The notes beneath the pieces are model-generated. The model saw only the letters and a list, made by a program, of their open reading frames with translations. It had not been told where the DNA came from and made no database searches. 64,000 bases of DNA. Origin: a virus. This document shows positions 7,916 to 16,964 of this stretch, in pieces (positions within the stretch are counted from its first letter, which is position 1; every line of letters begins with the position of its first letter). The position numbers and the translations under genes were made by a program. The stretch spans positions 1 through 64,000 of the IMG/VR virus record IMGVR_UViG_3300034072_002191; one strand, 5' to 3'.

Positions 7916-8550
7916 CAGTCTTCCTTTCGGTCGAGCAGGTGGCGGTTGAGGTAGTGCGGCTCGTGCGCCCAGCCGTTGCGCAGGACGATCTTCACGTCGC
8001 CGTTCGGCGCGATCACGCGCAGGCGATTGTCCTTGGTGACGGACAGCACCGGGCAATCGAACTGAAACACCGGTGGTGCGTCGCCGCGGGACCACACCAT
8101 CTCGCGGTGCGTCGCCTCGCGGAAGACCGTCACGAAGAAGCCGTGGGTGTCGGGGTCGATGCCCTTCCGCTTCATCTCCGCGACCTGGGCGCGCGTGAAC
8201 CGGTCGTCGGGGGTGTTGCCCCAGCCGATCCACGGGCTCCAGCCCGATGGCGAGATCACGACATGATCGGGCTGCCGAGGAAATCGGGCAGCCTCAGTCG
8301 CCCGATCTTCTGCATCCAAGCGAACAAGAGCCGCTTGCAGGGCGGCCATCATTTCAGCTTTGACGCCCTCAACTTCTGCGAGGCGATCACCATAGACCGA
8401 GGGCTGAAAGGTCCATGTTTCGAGATGCCGGTAGCGCTCTCGAACCATGCTTGCGGTGTCCAGGCTGTCGACGCGGCCGTGCGCCTTCATGCTGGCGATG
8501 ACCTTGTCGACGGTCTCGGCGAGATATTGCTCGGTGACCTCGATCGTCAC
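7915..8550 (-). CDS. Phage hypothetical protein
   Basis: GTGA-coupled start MTIEVTEQ. Confidence 0.6.
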   Translation of the reverse strand: MTIEVTEQYLAETVDKVIASMKAHGRVDSLDTASMVRERYRHLETWTFQPSVYGDRLAEVEGVKAEMMAALQAALVRLDAEDRATEAARFPRQPDHVVISPSGWSPWIGWGNTPDDRFTRAQVAEMKRKGIDPDTHGFFVTVFREATHREMVWSRGDAPPVFQFDCPVLSVTKDNRLRVIAPNGDVKIVLRNGWAHEPHYLNRHLLDRKED

Positions 8551-8696
8551 AGCTGCCACCAGCGGCGCCGGGGGCGCTCCTGCGAGTGCTCGACCTTGAA
8601 CGGCTCGCGCCGATCTGCGGCGATCCAGACGGCGCCCCAGTGCTTGGTGGCGTCCGGGCGCTCGCTGGCGCGGAGGCGGGCGGGGGTGGGCCTCAC
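8547..8696 (-). CDS. 49-aa hypothetical protein
   Basis: GTGA overlaps at both ends. Confidence 0.45.
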   Translation of the reverse strand: MRPTPARLRASERPDATKHWGAVWIAADRREPFKVEHSQERPRRRWWQL

Positions 8697-8935
8697 TGCG
8701 CACCGCCTTCCGTGCTTGAACCGATGGCACGGGCGTTGCCGGCGAGCAGCTTGGCTCCATTCAGGTAGATCCGAACGCCGTTGAAGATCTGCTTCGCCAG
8801 CATCGAGCGCGCAATCGCATCGTTGGTGCTGATCTTGCCCTCGCGGAGCGCCTGAAGGTCGCCGATCAGTCCGTCGATGACTTGCGGCAAGCCAAGCTGC
8901 TCCGACACGGGAGCGCTTTCGTAATCACGCTGCAT
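8693..8935 (-). CDS. Phage hypothetical protein
   Basis: Coupled in the early-left operon. Confidence 0.6.
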   Translation of the reverse strand: MQRDYESAPVSEQLGLPQVIDGLIGDLQALREGKISTNDAIARSMLAKQIFNGVRIYLNGAKLLAGNARAIGSSTEGGAQ

Positions 8936-9179
8936 GCTTGGTCTCCCACTGCATGCGCGCGGCGGCGCAGTGCAGATATTCGGCGACAGCAAACCCGCGC
9001 ATTACCTCGCGCCGGTCGCGGAAAGAGCCGCCAGTCGGGGTGCCGTGGCCCTCGCGATAATTGCGCTCGCAGCTGAAGCAGATAGGCGCCAGCGGGGTAT
9101 CGCGACCTCGGCCGTACCACCGCATGTCGACCACGCGCTCGCAGAGCTTGCACTGGAAGTCGGGGAGGTGGCCGATCAT
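8925..9179 (-). CDS. CxxC zinc-binding hypothetical protein
   Basis: CKLC...CFSC; ATGA coupling. Confidence 0.6.
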   Translation of the reverse strand: MIGHLPDFQCKLCERVVDMRWYGRGRDTPLAPICFSCERNYREGHGTPTGGSFRDRREVMRGFAVAEYLHCAAARMQWETKHAA

Positions 9180-9442
9180 GCCGCCACCGCCATGAGCTCG
9201 GCGTCGAGCGCCATGTTGATCAGCTCGAACAGCACCGGGCCGGTCATGCCCAGCCGCGAGGCGCGGAGGTAGATGCCGTCGAGGAGGGGCTCGACCTGGG
9301 CGCCGACCTGCGCGCGGCGCTGATCCGACAGCTGCATCCGCACGAGCGGGGCGGTGATCTCGCGGATCTCCAGCACGACCGGGCGGAAGTCGTCGACCGC
9401 CTGCAGGACGTCTGGATCGTTGAGTGAGGGATGCTGTTGCAT
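9176..9442 (-). CDS. First gene of the PL operon, hypothetical
   Basis: GGAG RBS, immediately downstream of OL. Confidence 0.6.
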   Translation of the reverse strand: MQQHPSLNDPDVLQAVDDFRPVVLEIREITAPLVRMQLSDQRRAQVGAQVEPLLDGIYLRASRLGMTGPVLFELINMALDAELMAVAA

Positions 9443-9485
9443 CAGTAACTCCAAGCGGCACGCCGCCGCCATGGAGCTACTATCC

Positions 9486-9520
9486 GCTATGTTTTGTAGC
9501 GAGTCAACATAAAATGTAGC
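9486..9520. promoter_or_regulatory. OL operators / PL
   Basis: GCTATGTTTTGTAGC (9486-9500) and CAACATAAAATGTAGC (9505-9520) match the OR sites. Confidence 0.75.
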
Positions 9521-9533
9521 GCTACACGTTCAG

Positions 9534-9923
9534 CTAATCGTCGTAATATACGGAATCAACGCCATCCCAGTCGATCCCCTGCCTGAACTCGGGCTTGCGT
9601 GACGGCGGAAGTTCCGGTCGCTCACCGTCGAAAGCAAGTCGCACGAGAGCGCCATAGGGTGTGGCGGCTTGGAAGATCACCGCCATCTCGCGACCGTTGC
9701 GGATCATGCCGCCAACCAAGGGCGCGCGCTCAGCGGTGAGGTAGCCGATCTGGATGCCCCTCACGCTATAGACCGCGACTGCATGGGGATCGGCTGGATT
9801 GTTGGGCTCCGAGCGCAGCTCGGCCGGCTCGCCAGGCACACACATAGCGATTTCGAAGCGGCGCGTGGGGCCCCGCTTGTTGGGATGGTCGGCGCCGACT
9901 ACGGCGAGGGAGAGCGAATGCAC
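9534..9923 (-). CDS. HIRAN domain protein
   Basis: EPNNPADPHAVAV...IGYL motif. Confidence 0.85.
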   Translation of the reverse strand: MHSLSLAVVGADHPNKRGPTRRFEIAMCVPGEPAELRSEPNNPADPHAVAVYSVRGIQIGYLTAERAPLVGGMIRNGREMAVIFQAATPYGALVRLAFDGERPELPPSRKPEFRQGIDWDGVDSVYYDD

Positions 9924-9934
9924 AAGAGCGGCAA

Positions 9935-10357
9935 CTACTGAAATAGTCTAGCTTGTAAAGACCCAGTTAGGTAGTCATTGCCTTCAACAATAAGATGGGC
10001 CTCAAGTCGTCCCGGCTCACTAAAAGGTATGTTCCGCATTTCGATCTTGACATTTACTGTCGCCATAAGGTTGCCCTCGGACTTAGCCTCAGCAATCGCC
10101 TCGGCCAACATCGAGCTGTCAATTTCATTATCTGCTAGGCGAGTGCCATTCTGAGTCAATATGTACGTTGCCAATTTTGGGGGGGGCTCGTTCACATCCA
10201 GTGTGATCCGAGTTAAGATGACTATCTTATCAATTCCTCCCGGGAATATAGGTACTCCTATGTTGTCGGGAAGAAGCCCCACGATTGTCTGACTTCCTGA
10301 AATTTCTTCACGAACGTCGTTGCAAAACATTGTTATGGCTGCAAATCGTTGTATCAT
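9935..10357 (-). CDS. DUF6941-like beta-rich protein, third gene of a TA-like operon
   Basis: FCNDVREEISGSQTIVG N-terminal motif; low GC; ATGA coupled to the HTH gene. Confidence 0.65.
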   Translation of the reverse strand: MIQRFAAITMFCNDVREEISGSQTIVGLLPDNIGVPIFPGGIDKIVILTRITLDVNEPPPKLATYILTQNGTRLADNEIDSSMLAEAIAEAKSEGNLMATVNVKIEMRNIPFSEPGRLEAHLIVEGNDYLTGSLQARLFQ

Positions 10358-10725
10358 CTTGCTAGATCCACAACAATGTTCCTTTGTGAATAATCCGCAG
10401 TTCGAGCTGAAGTCGACGTGGAAACGCTCACACCAACGTGCTCGACGGGGAAATTCTGTCCTTCCTCTCTGCTCGGCCGCACAAGCTCAAACGATGGCTC
10501 ATATCCGAGAGCCCAAGCCAGTTCAGCTATACGGCCAAGAGTTAGGTCTTTGTTGCCACGAAGCTCGCGACTTATGACAGAACGGTGCACGCCTAATGCT
10601 GAGGCGATTTTAGACTGAGAGCAGTCCGGGTTGTCCGCCAGACCCTTCTGGAGCCGCCTGCGCACCTGCCCGATGAACCGGGCCGCTGCTCGCCGGCTAG
10701 GGGTAAGAGTAAGCTGAAACGACAT
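10354..10725 (-). CDS. HigA-like HTH antitoxin with a C-terminal extension
   Basis: SQSKIASALGVHRSVISRELRGNKDLTLGRIAELAWALG. Confidence 0.75.
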   Translation of the reverse strand: MSFQLTLTPSRRAAARFIGQVRRRLQKGLADNPDCSQSKIASALGVHRSVISRELRGNKDLTLGRIAELAWALGYEPSFELVRPSREEGQNFPVEHVGVSVSTSTSARTADYSQRNIVVDLAR

Positions 10726-11191
10726 TTTGCGGGTCATCCCCTGGGATAAACGTGGGTGAGTCATGTTTGAGTTGCGACCGCTCCCGCACCGCTTGATCCC
10801 GGTAGCCGTTATAAAGTTTGAACTCCTTCACGCGGCTAGCGAGATCGGCATCCGTGCAGATAAAGCAATCTTTTCTATGGAAGTAGCCAAACAGTCTAAC
10901 ATCGGCAGTTTTGAGCTCCCAGATGCCGGCAGAGATGTGCCGTATGGGATTCAACTGTCGTTGGTAAAAGAGGTGCTCGCCAGAGCAAAATGCTTGCAGC
11001 AAATCATAGAGCTGCTCCTCGGGAGATGCCTCGATATTCCAACTTGATGAGCAATCTGGCAATTCATTCTGCAGCCATTTGACAGCCCTCGGCACAAAAA
11101 AAATACGTCTCTCTTCGAAGCGCCCGCGAGGCAGGGCGGGGTCGTATTTTTCGATTCGACCGGCCCGGGACAGATCTAAGAGTGTTGCCAT
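10697..11191 (-). CDS. RelE/HigB/Gp49-like toxin (putative)
   Basis: IRHISAGIWELKTADVRLFGYF motif; directly upstream of and overlapping the HTH gene. Confidence 0.65.
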   Translation of the reverse strand: MATLLDLSRAGRIEKYDPALPRGRFEERRIFFVPRAVKWLQNELPDCSSSWNIEASPEEQLYDLLQAFCSGEHLFYQRQLNPIRHISAGIWELKTADVRLFGYFHRKDCFICTDADLASRVKEFKLYNGYRDQAVRERSQLKHDSPTFIPGDDPQNVVSAYSYP

Positions 11192-11253
11192 TTAAGTCAA
11201 CACCTCTCCCAAATCGTTAACGCTCGCCAGCGGATTCGGCTGCACCCTGCGGA

Positions 11254-11940
11254 TCAAAGCCCCCTCGCAAACCAGACAGCGCGCCCTTCAATGCGCAGGT
11301 CCTCTGCATCGACTTCCTGGTCTGGCACCGCCGGATTGTCCGACACCACGAGCACTCGTCCCTTCCCGATTGCCCGAAGCCGCTTGAGCCCCGAAGCTCC
11401 GTAGACCGAGATCCAGTAGATCGCGTCCTGCTTGGCGAGCGCCCTATCGGTCGTGTCGATCATAATCGTGTCGCCCCAATTCAGGGTCGGGTACATGCTG
11501 TCACCGATGCCAGTCACCAGCTTCAGGCGGTGATAGGGTGCACGGGTGATCAGGCGCACGAATGACGGGTCGAAGCGCACCGGCTCAGCTTCGACATAAT
11601 CGTCGATCAGTGTTCCAGGACCCATCGAGAGCGACAGGTCCAGCCGCTGCAGCTCGACCGTGCCGTCGTCGGCTGTCGCCGGCACAGCTGGAGGCACGTC
11701 CGCGACTTCAACGGTGGAAGTGGGAAGGGGGCCGCCCTCTAAGAGCCACTCCGCGCTTACACCGAGCCTCTTGGCGAACTGGGCAGCAAGCCTTGCGAAG
11801 CCGTTCTGCCCATTCTCATAGGCGCGATAGGTGGTGGCATTCACACCTACAGCTCGCGCAAAATCCGCCTTATCTGGGAATCCCGCGCGCTGACGCGCCC
11901 ATGCAAGCCGCTCGTGCGGGAAATCTAATCCATCGGGCAT
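11254..11940 (-). CDS. cI: CI-like repressor (HTH + S24 peptidase)
   Basis: HTH N-terminus; GDSMYP serine and LKRL lysine motifs; divergent from cro. Confidence 0.92.
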   Translation of the reverse strand: MPDGLDFPHERLAWARQRAGFPDKADFARAVGVNATTYRAYENGQNGFARLAAQFAKRLGVSAEWLLEGGPLPTSTVEVADVPPAVPATADDGTVELQRLDLSLSMGPGTLIDDYVEAEPVRFDPSFVRLITRAPYHRLKLVTGIGDSMYPTLNWGDTIMIDTTDRALAKQDAIYWISVYGASGLKRLRAIGKGRVLVVSDNPAVPDQEVDAEDLRIEGRAVWFARGL

Positions 11941-11964
11941 GAGGCATCCGTCGCACGCAACGGC

Positions 11965-12004
11965 GCTACAAATCATGTTGCTATGTAGCGCTATGTTTGG
12001 TAGC
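11965..12004. promoter_or_regulatory. OR operators
   Basis: GCTACAAATCATGTTG (11965-11980) and GCTATGTTTGGTAGC (11990-12004). Confidence 0.75.
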
Positions 12005-12015
12005 GCGGTGAGGCT

Positions 12016-12255
12016 ATGGATCATATCGCCACAATCAAAGCGCTTGGCGGAGCCAAGGCTCTTGCGGATGCGCTCCGGTCCCGCGGCGTAACGGTCGCTG
12101 ATGTGACTGTCCGGTCTTGGTCGCTCAGCGGCCGGGTCATTCCAGCCAAGTACTGGGCGCACATCGCCGCTATTGGCACCGAGCGCGGACACAAAGTGTC
12201 CTTTGAGGCGCTAGCTGCCGCGGCGGCCGTGCGTGACGAAGCCGAGGCCGCATGA
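12016..12255 (+). CDS. cro: Cro-like repressor
   Basis: IKALGGAKALADAL...TVRSW...IPAKYW; divergent from cI. Confidence 0.85.
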   Translation: MDHIATIKALGGAKALADALRSRGVTVADVTVRSWSLSGRVIPAKYWAHIAAIGTERGHKVSFEALAAAAAVRDEAEAA

Positions 12256-12506
12256 TCACGCTCGACCATGACAGCGCCGCGCGCGCCCGGCTCGCCGCTT
12301 CCTGCGCCCGCTGCGGCGTGGGCGGCTGGCACCCGGAAGTCGCTCAATGTGCTGAACCCGATTGCGGCCTGAGCGCCGCCGACGAAATCACCCCGCTTGG
12401 CGCAGTGTGCGCGCCGGGAGCGGGCGCGGAGCTTTCCTGCACCCCCCTGGGCTCCGCACCCGCTGTTTCCGATTCCCCAGTTCATGCTCCGGAGATTGCA
12501 CGTTGA
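12252..12506 (+). CDS. Hypothetical protein
   Basis: ATGA-coupled to cro. Confidence 0.45.
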   Translation: MITLDHDSAARARLAASCARCGVGGWHPEVAQCAEPDCGLSAADEITPLGAVCAPGAGAELSCTPLGSAPAVSDSPVHAPEIAR

Positions 12507-12979
12507 GCCCCCCGCAGATCCACGGCCGATATCAGACCGTAACGGCATCTTTGCTCCTCAAGACGATCGGCGACAGCCTCGACGATATCCGTCGGCAGGA
12601 TGGTGCAACCGATCAGGATCTTGGCCGCGTGCTCGGGCGGTCGAAGGATTCGGCGGAGCGCTACCGCAAGGGTGAAGGCGAGATGGGGGCGCTGTCCTTT
12701 CTCCACGCCTGCAAGGCTTGGGATGGCCGCTTCGCCAATCCCGTCTTCAACCTGCTCGGCTTCAAACTGGTCGAGATCCAAAGCGGCGCCGGTACCGATC
12801 GCGCGGGCTTCACGGCCCTGGCGAACCTGCTCGCCGCGATTGCCGAGGCGCTGGAAGACGACAACATCGTCGACGACATCGAACTGGCGGCCATGGCTGC
12901 CGAGGTCGAGAACGCCGGCAAGCATATCGACCGCCTGCGCGAGCGGCTGCGCCCGCGCCTGATTTCGAACCGAGGATAA
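12503..12979 (+). CDS. CII-like phage regulatory protein
   Basis: Position after cro; HTH-like DLGRVLGRSKDSAERY; TTG start with GGAGA RBS. Confidence 0.6.
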   Translation: MSPPQIHGRYQTVTASLLLKTIGDSLDDIRRQDGATDQDLGRVLGRSKDSAERYRKGEGEMGALSFLHACKAWDGRFANPVFNLLGFKLVEIQSGAGTDRAGFTALANLLAAIAEALEDDNIVDDIELAAMAAEVENAGKHIDRLRERLRPRLISNRG

Positions 12980-13012
12980 CGCGCCGGCGCGGCCCGGCTG
13001 AAGGAGTGCACC

Positions 13013-13279
13013 ATGATCGCCACGAATGGCGCGGCGGCTGCGCAGGCAGCTTCCGCGAGCGCATCTCTGCGCGCTGAAGCCGGGGCAGGGGAGCGATACC
13101 CGTTCCTGTCCCACCGCACCGTCGCCGAGGTCTGGGCAGACTGCGGCCCGCTGCCGTGCGTCGATGGCGTCTGGCGGATGGAGCCGGAGCAAATCTCGTC
13201 CGTGCGCCACGAGATCGACGGGTTCGTGTTCATCCCCATCGCCGCGCGCGTCGGCGCCGCCGAGGTGGCCGATGCCTGA
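13013..13279 (+). CDS. Hypothetical protein
   Basis: AGGAG RBS. Confidence 0.5.
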   Translation: MIATNGAAAAQAASASASLRAEAGAGERYPFLSHRTVAEVWADCGPLPCVDGVWRMEPEQISSVRHEIDGFVFIPIAARVGAAEVADA

Positions 13280-13808
13280 GCTGATCTGCCGCGACTGCCC
13301 GGCCCCGATCTCCCGCCAGTCGAAGACCGGCCGCTGCAAGGTATGTTCCGCCCGGCACCTCAATGCCTCGCCCGAGCTGACGGCGAAGCGGCTGGCGGGG
13401 ATCGAGCGCTATTATGCCCAGCCTGGTGTGCGCGAGCGCCACGCGGCCCGGTTCGCCGACTACAATCGCAACATCCCCGCCGAGCACCGCGAAATGCGGC
13501 GCCAGCACGGTCTGCGCCAGGCGCGCGAGGTGCTCGCGCGGCCGGATGTGCTCGCACGCTCGAACAGCCCGGAGGCGAAGCGCAAGGCCGGTGCGGCCCG
13601 CACCGAGCGCCTTCTCGGCTGGTGCCCGCCGGAGCTGCGCGATCAGTACCGCCAGTTGTGCGCAAGCCAGCGACTGAGCGCGGCCGAGGCGCGCCGCATC
13701 ATTGAGGCGGAAATCCCGGGCGCCGCCGAGCACGGCAAGCGGGTCGTCGCCAACCACATCCTGCAGGGCCAGCTCCGCCACGAGCGCCAGCAGCGGGACG
13801 CTTACTGA
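13272..13808 (+). CDS. Basic CxxC-containing phage protein
   Basis: CRDC...CKVC N-terminus. Confidence 0.6.
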   Translation: MPELICRDCPAPISRQSKTGRCKVCSARHLNASPELTAKRLAGIERYYAQPGVRERHAARFADYNRNIPAEHREMRRQHGLRQAREVLARPDVLARSNSPEAKRKAGAARTERLLGWCPPELRDQYRQLCASQRLSAAEARRIIEAEIPGAAEHGKRVVANHILQGQLRHERQQRDAY

Positions 13809-14023
13809 TGCCCCGTGCCGCGATCTTCGAAGCAGCTCGCCGCCTGTCGGCCTGGCTGCGCCGCGCCCGGCTCTCCCGCGACCTCGACCGCGCGCTCGCC
13901 GAGCGCCGCCGCGACCGTGCCGCGCGCCAGGCCGCAGCCCGCAAGGGCGAGGCCACCAAGCTCCGCAACCGCTTCCAAGCTCTCAAGCCCGTGAAAGGAG
14001 ACCACCGTGAAAACCATGCCTGA
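13808..14023 (+). CDS. Arg-rich hypothetical protein
   Basis: TGATG coupling. Confidence 0.5.
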   Translation: MPRAAIFEAARRLSAWLRRARLSRDLDRALAERRRDRAARQAAARKGEATKLRNRFQALKPVKGDHRENHA

Positions 14024-14420
14024 ACGAGGAACGGCACTCCCGCCGATCCCGCCTGCCGATGGCGGCCGCATGCCGCCCGCCGCCAACACCTTCGGGGAGT
14101 TCGTCCGCTTCCTCGAAGACGGTCACTTCGATGCGGAGATGACCGAGGTGCTGAAGAGCCTCGCCGGGGAGATGGCGAATGCCGCCATCGACAGTGGCGG
14201 CAAGTCCAAGGGCAAGCTGACGCTGACCTTCGACTTCGGTCTCGAAGGGCGCGTTTTCAGCATCGCCGCGAAGCACAAGGTCGACCTGCCGGTCGCCAAG
14301 CGTCCGAAGTCGGTCATGTGGACCACCGAGGACATGCGCTTCACCCCCAGCAATCCCGCCCAGGGCCACCTGTTCGGCGTCCGCGAAGTCGGCGGCGCCG
14401 GCGGCTTCCGCGACGCCTGA
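14007..14420 (+). CDS. Conserved phage protein of the type found upstream of DUF2303
   Basis: KGKLTLTFDF...KVDLP...FTPSNPAQGHLF. Confidence 0.75.
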   Translation: MKTMPERGTALPPIPPADGGRMPPAANTFGEFVRFLEDGHFDAEMTEVLKSLAGEMANAAIDSGGKSKGKLTLTFDFGLEGRVFSIAAKHKVDLPVAKRPKSVMWTTEDMRFTPSNPAQGHLFGVREVGGAGGFRDA

Positions 14421-14440
14421 TCTCCAGAGAGGAAACACCA

Positions 14441-15372
14441 ATGGATTATCCCACCACCTCGGGCGGCGAGCTCGTTCAGCAGGTCCGCAGCCTCGTCGAG
14501 GACTATGTCCAGGCGGAAGTCGTGCCGGTCACCGATCCCGCGACCGGCGTAGAAGCGCTGTTCGTCCGGTCCGGCAACGGCGTCCGACCGATCGATCCCA
14601 AGGACTTCGAGCCGTACCGCGACGCGCCGCGCTTCCGGCACGGTATTGCAACCATGCTGTCGCTCGACAGCCTGATCGAGCACGTCAACCGGTTCAAGGA
14701 TGGGGATTCGGTCGTCTTTGCGAACGACGATCGCAAGAACCCGTCGCTCACCGCGTGCTCGACTATCACCGCACCGGCGCGGACGGCGATCCCCGCTTCG
14801 GCAAACATCGTTCGACCTTTGCCTTCCCGCTCTCCGATGAGTGGCAGGCGTGGGCCGAGGCGAACGACGAGAAGATGACCATGGCCGAGTTCGCGGCCTT
14901 CCTCGAGAACCGCATCATCGACGTGCTGTACCTGATCCCCGGCGAGGATACGCTTCCCGAAGATCTGCAGCGGCTGGTCGACACGCTCGGCGGTCCGGAG
15001 ACGATCGCCACGCCGAACAAGCTGATGGAGCTCGCCCGCGGCCTTCAGGTGCACGACGAGGCGATCGTGCAGGAGGCGGTGAACCTGTCGACCGGCGAAG
15101 GCGTGGTGCGCTTCCAGGCACGCCACACCGACGAGAATGGCGCTCCGCTCCGGGTCCCGTCGCTGTTCCTGATCGCCATCCCGGTGTTCCGCAATGGTCC
15201 GCTGTACCGGCTCGCTGCCCGGCTCCGCTATCGCGCGGCCGGCGGGCGCCTGACCTTCTGGTTCGAGCTGTGGCGCACCGATCGCACCTTCGATCACGCT
15301 TTCAGCGAGTCGATCGAGCGCGTCCGGGCTGAGACGGAGCTGCCCGTTCTGGTCGGCAAGCCGGAAGCCTGA
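14441..15372 (+). pseudogene. DUF2303 (YfdQ-like) gene with a 1-nt frameshift near 14755
   Basis: ...NPSLTA and VLDYH... are in different frames at ACCGCGTGCTC. Confidence 0.75.
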
Positions 15373-15431
15373 ACACGATAGCACCGCCGGGTTCGCTCGG
15401 CGGCGCACCGCCACGCGCACGAGTATCCAGA

Positions 15432-15785
15432 TTGATGATCGTAGAGCTTCCCTGGCCGCCCCGCATCCTCAGCCCCAACGGGCGCGGGCACCACATGTCC
15501 GTTCACAAGGCGAAGAAGAAGGCGAAGCGCGTTGGCGGGGAAGCTGTCATTGCGGCTGGCCGCCCGCGCTTCCCGAAGGACGCGCCGCTCGCCGTAACGC
15601 TGACCTTCCACCCGCCGCGCGGCGCCCCCGACGAGGATAACGCAATCGCCAGCCTCAAGGCGTACCTCGACGGCATCGCCGGGGCGCTGGGCGTCGATGA
15701 TAAGCTGTTCCGCCTGCAGCGGCCGATCATGGCCGAGCGGGTGAAGGGCGGCCGCGTGCTCGTCTCGATCGAGATCGCCCAATGA
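15432..15785 (+). CDS. RusA-like Holliday junction resolvase
   Basis: LPWPP-LSPN; DEDNAIASLKAYLDGIA...VDD. Confidence 0.85.
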   Translation: MMIVELPWPPRILSPNGRGHHMSVHKAKKKAKRVGGEAVIAAGRPRFPKDAPLAVTLTFHPPRGAPDEDNAIASLKAYLDGIAGALGVDDKLFRLQRPIMAERVKGGRVLVSIEIAQ

Positions 15786-16444
15786 GCGCAGGCCTGCTCG
15801 CCCGGCTGATCGCCGCCGGCACGCCCGCCGACTTGGTCGGTGAGGTGGCGATGGCGCTCGCTACCGCGCGGGCTGAGGCTGACGCTCTGGCTGCCCGGCG
15901 GGAGCGCGATGCCGCCCGCCAGCAGAACCGCCGGGACCGGCTGCGCGGGGAGAGCGCGTCACGTGACGTCACGCCATGTCACGTGATGTCGCGTGACATC
16001 GCGGACGAAAACCCCTCCCCCGATAAAAGCCCCCCAGACCCCCAAAAATTAACCCCCACCCCGCACACACACGAGGGACCCGCGCCCGATGCGCCCGCGA
16101 CGCCCCGAGCCTGGGCTTGCCCGGCCGGCGTGGACCCGGACCACTGGCGGGACTTCCGTGCCAACCGCCGCAAGAAGCGGCTCACCGACACCGAGACGGC
16201 CTACGCAGCCCAGCTGCGGCTGCTGGCCCGCTTCGCCACCGCCGAGTGGCCGCCCGGGCGGCTCGTCGAGAAGGCAGCCGAAAAGGGCTGGGGCACGATC
16301 GTCGATCCATCCGAATACGAGGACCAAAGCAATGGGCACCGACCAGGAAGCCACCGCCAACACCGCGCTCGCACCGGCAGCAACGGGTTTCTCGATGCCG
16401 TCCTTGACGCCGAGCGCAAGGACCGTTTTGGCCCGCGCCACTGA
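15782..16444 (+). CDS. Phage replication initiator (O-like)
   Basis: Position; internal iterons; C-terminal WRDFRANR...KGWG domain. Confidence 0.7.
   Translation: MSAGLLARLIAAGTPADLVGEVAMALATARAEADALAARRERDAARQQNRRDRLRGESASRDVTPCHVMSRDIADENPSPDKSPPDPQKLTPTPHTHEGPAPDAPATPRAWACPAGVDPDHWRDFRANRRKKRLTDTETAYAAQLRLLARFATAEWPPGRLVEKAAEKGWGTIVDPSEYEDQSNGHRPGSHRQHRARTGSNGFLDAVLDAERKDRFGPRH
15958..16062. repeat. Putative replication origin: 10-bp tandem iterons (GTCACGTGAC consensus, about 5 copies) followed by A/C tracts
   Basis: gtcacgtgac gtcacgccat gtcacgtgat gtcgcgtgac atcgcggac inside the initiator gene. Confidence 0.65.
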
Positions 16445-16964
16445 GGCCGATGCGGTGTTCAGCACCGCCGACCTCGCGCTGATCGAGCCTATCGCCAAGG
16501 CGGTCGCTCCGCACCGGGCAGCCGACGAGCGCACGATCCGCCAGTCGGTGGGCGCGCTATCTGCCGCCATGCCCGCACAGGCGACGAACGAGATCGCCGG
16601 GCGCCTCAAGCTGAACGCCTATGTGTCCGCGTTGGGTGGCTGCGACGAGGCCGCGCTTGCCTATGCCTGCCGCCGCTGCCTGAAGGAACTCGATTGGTTC
16701 CCGACGGTGCGCCAGATCGAGGAGCGGCTGAAGGCCTACGTCAGCCCCGAGCAGCATGCGATCAATGTCGCCCGGTACATCCTCCGGAACGGGAAGCGCG
16801 AGACGGTGGAGGAGGCATGTGGGCCGGTCACTGACGAGCAGGTCCGGCGGATGAGCGCCGAGCTGCGCCGGATGGGGCTGGGGCTAGGGTACATCACTCA
16901 GGAGCAGCTGGATCGCGTCACGGCGGCCGAAAGGGCGGTGGCGCCGGAGCAGCACGCGGCGTGA
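16395..16964 (+). CDS. Replication accessory protein (helicase loader/inhibitor-like)
   Basis: ACRRCLKELDWFPTVRQI motif; follows the initiator; start uncertain. Confidence 0.6.
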   Translation: MPSLTPSARTVLARATEADAVFSTADLALIEPIAKAVAPHRAADERTIRQSVGALSAAMPAQATNEIAGRLKLNAYVSALGGCDEAALAYACRRCLKELDWFPTVRQIEERLKAYVSPEQHAINVARYILRNGKRETVEEACGPVTDEQVRRMSAELRRMGLGLGYITQEQLDRVTAAERAVAPEQHAA

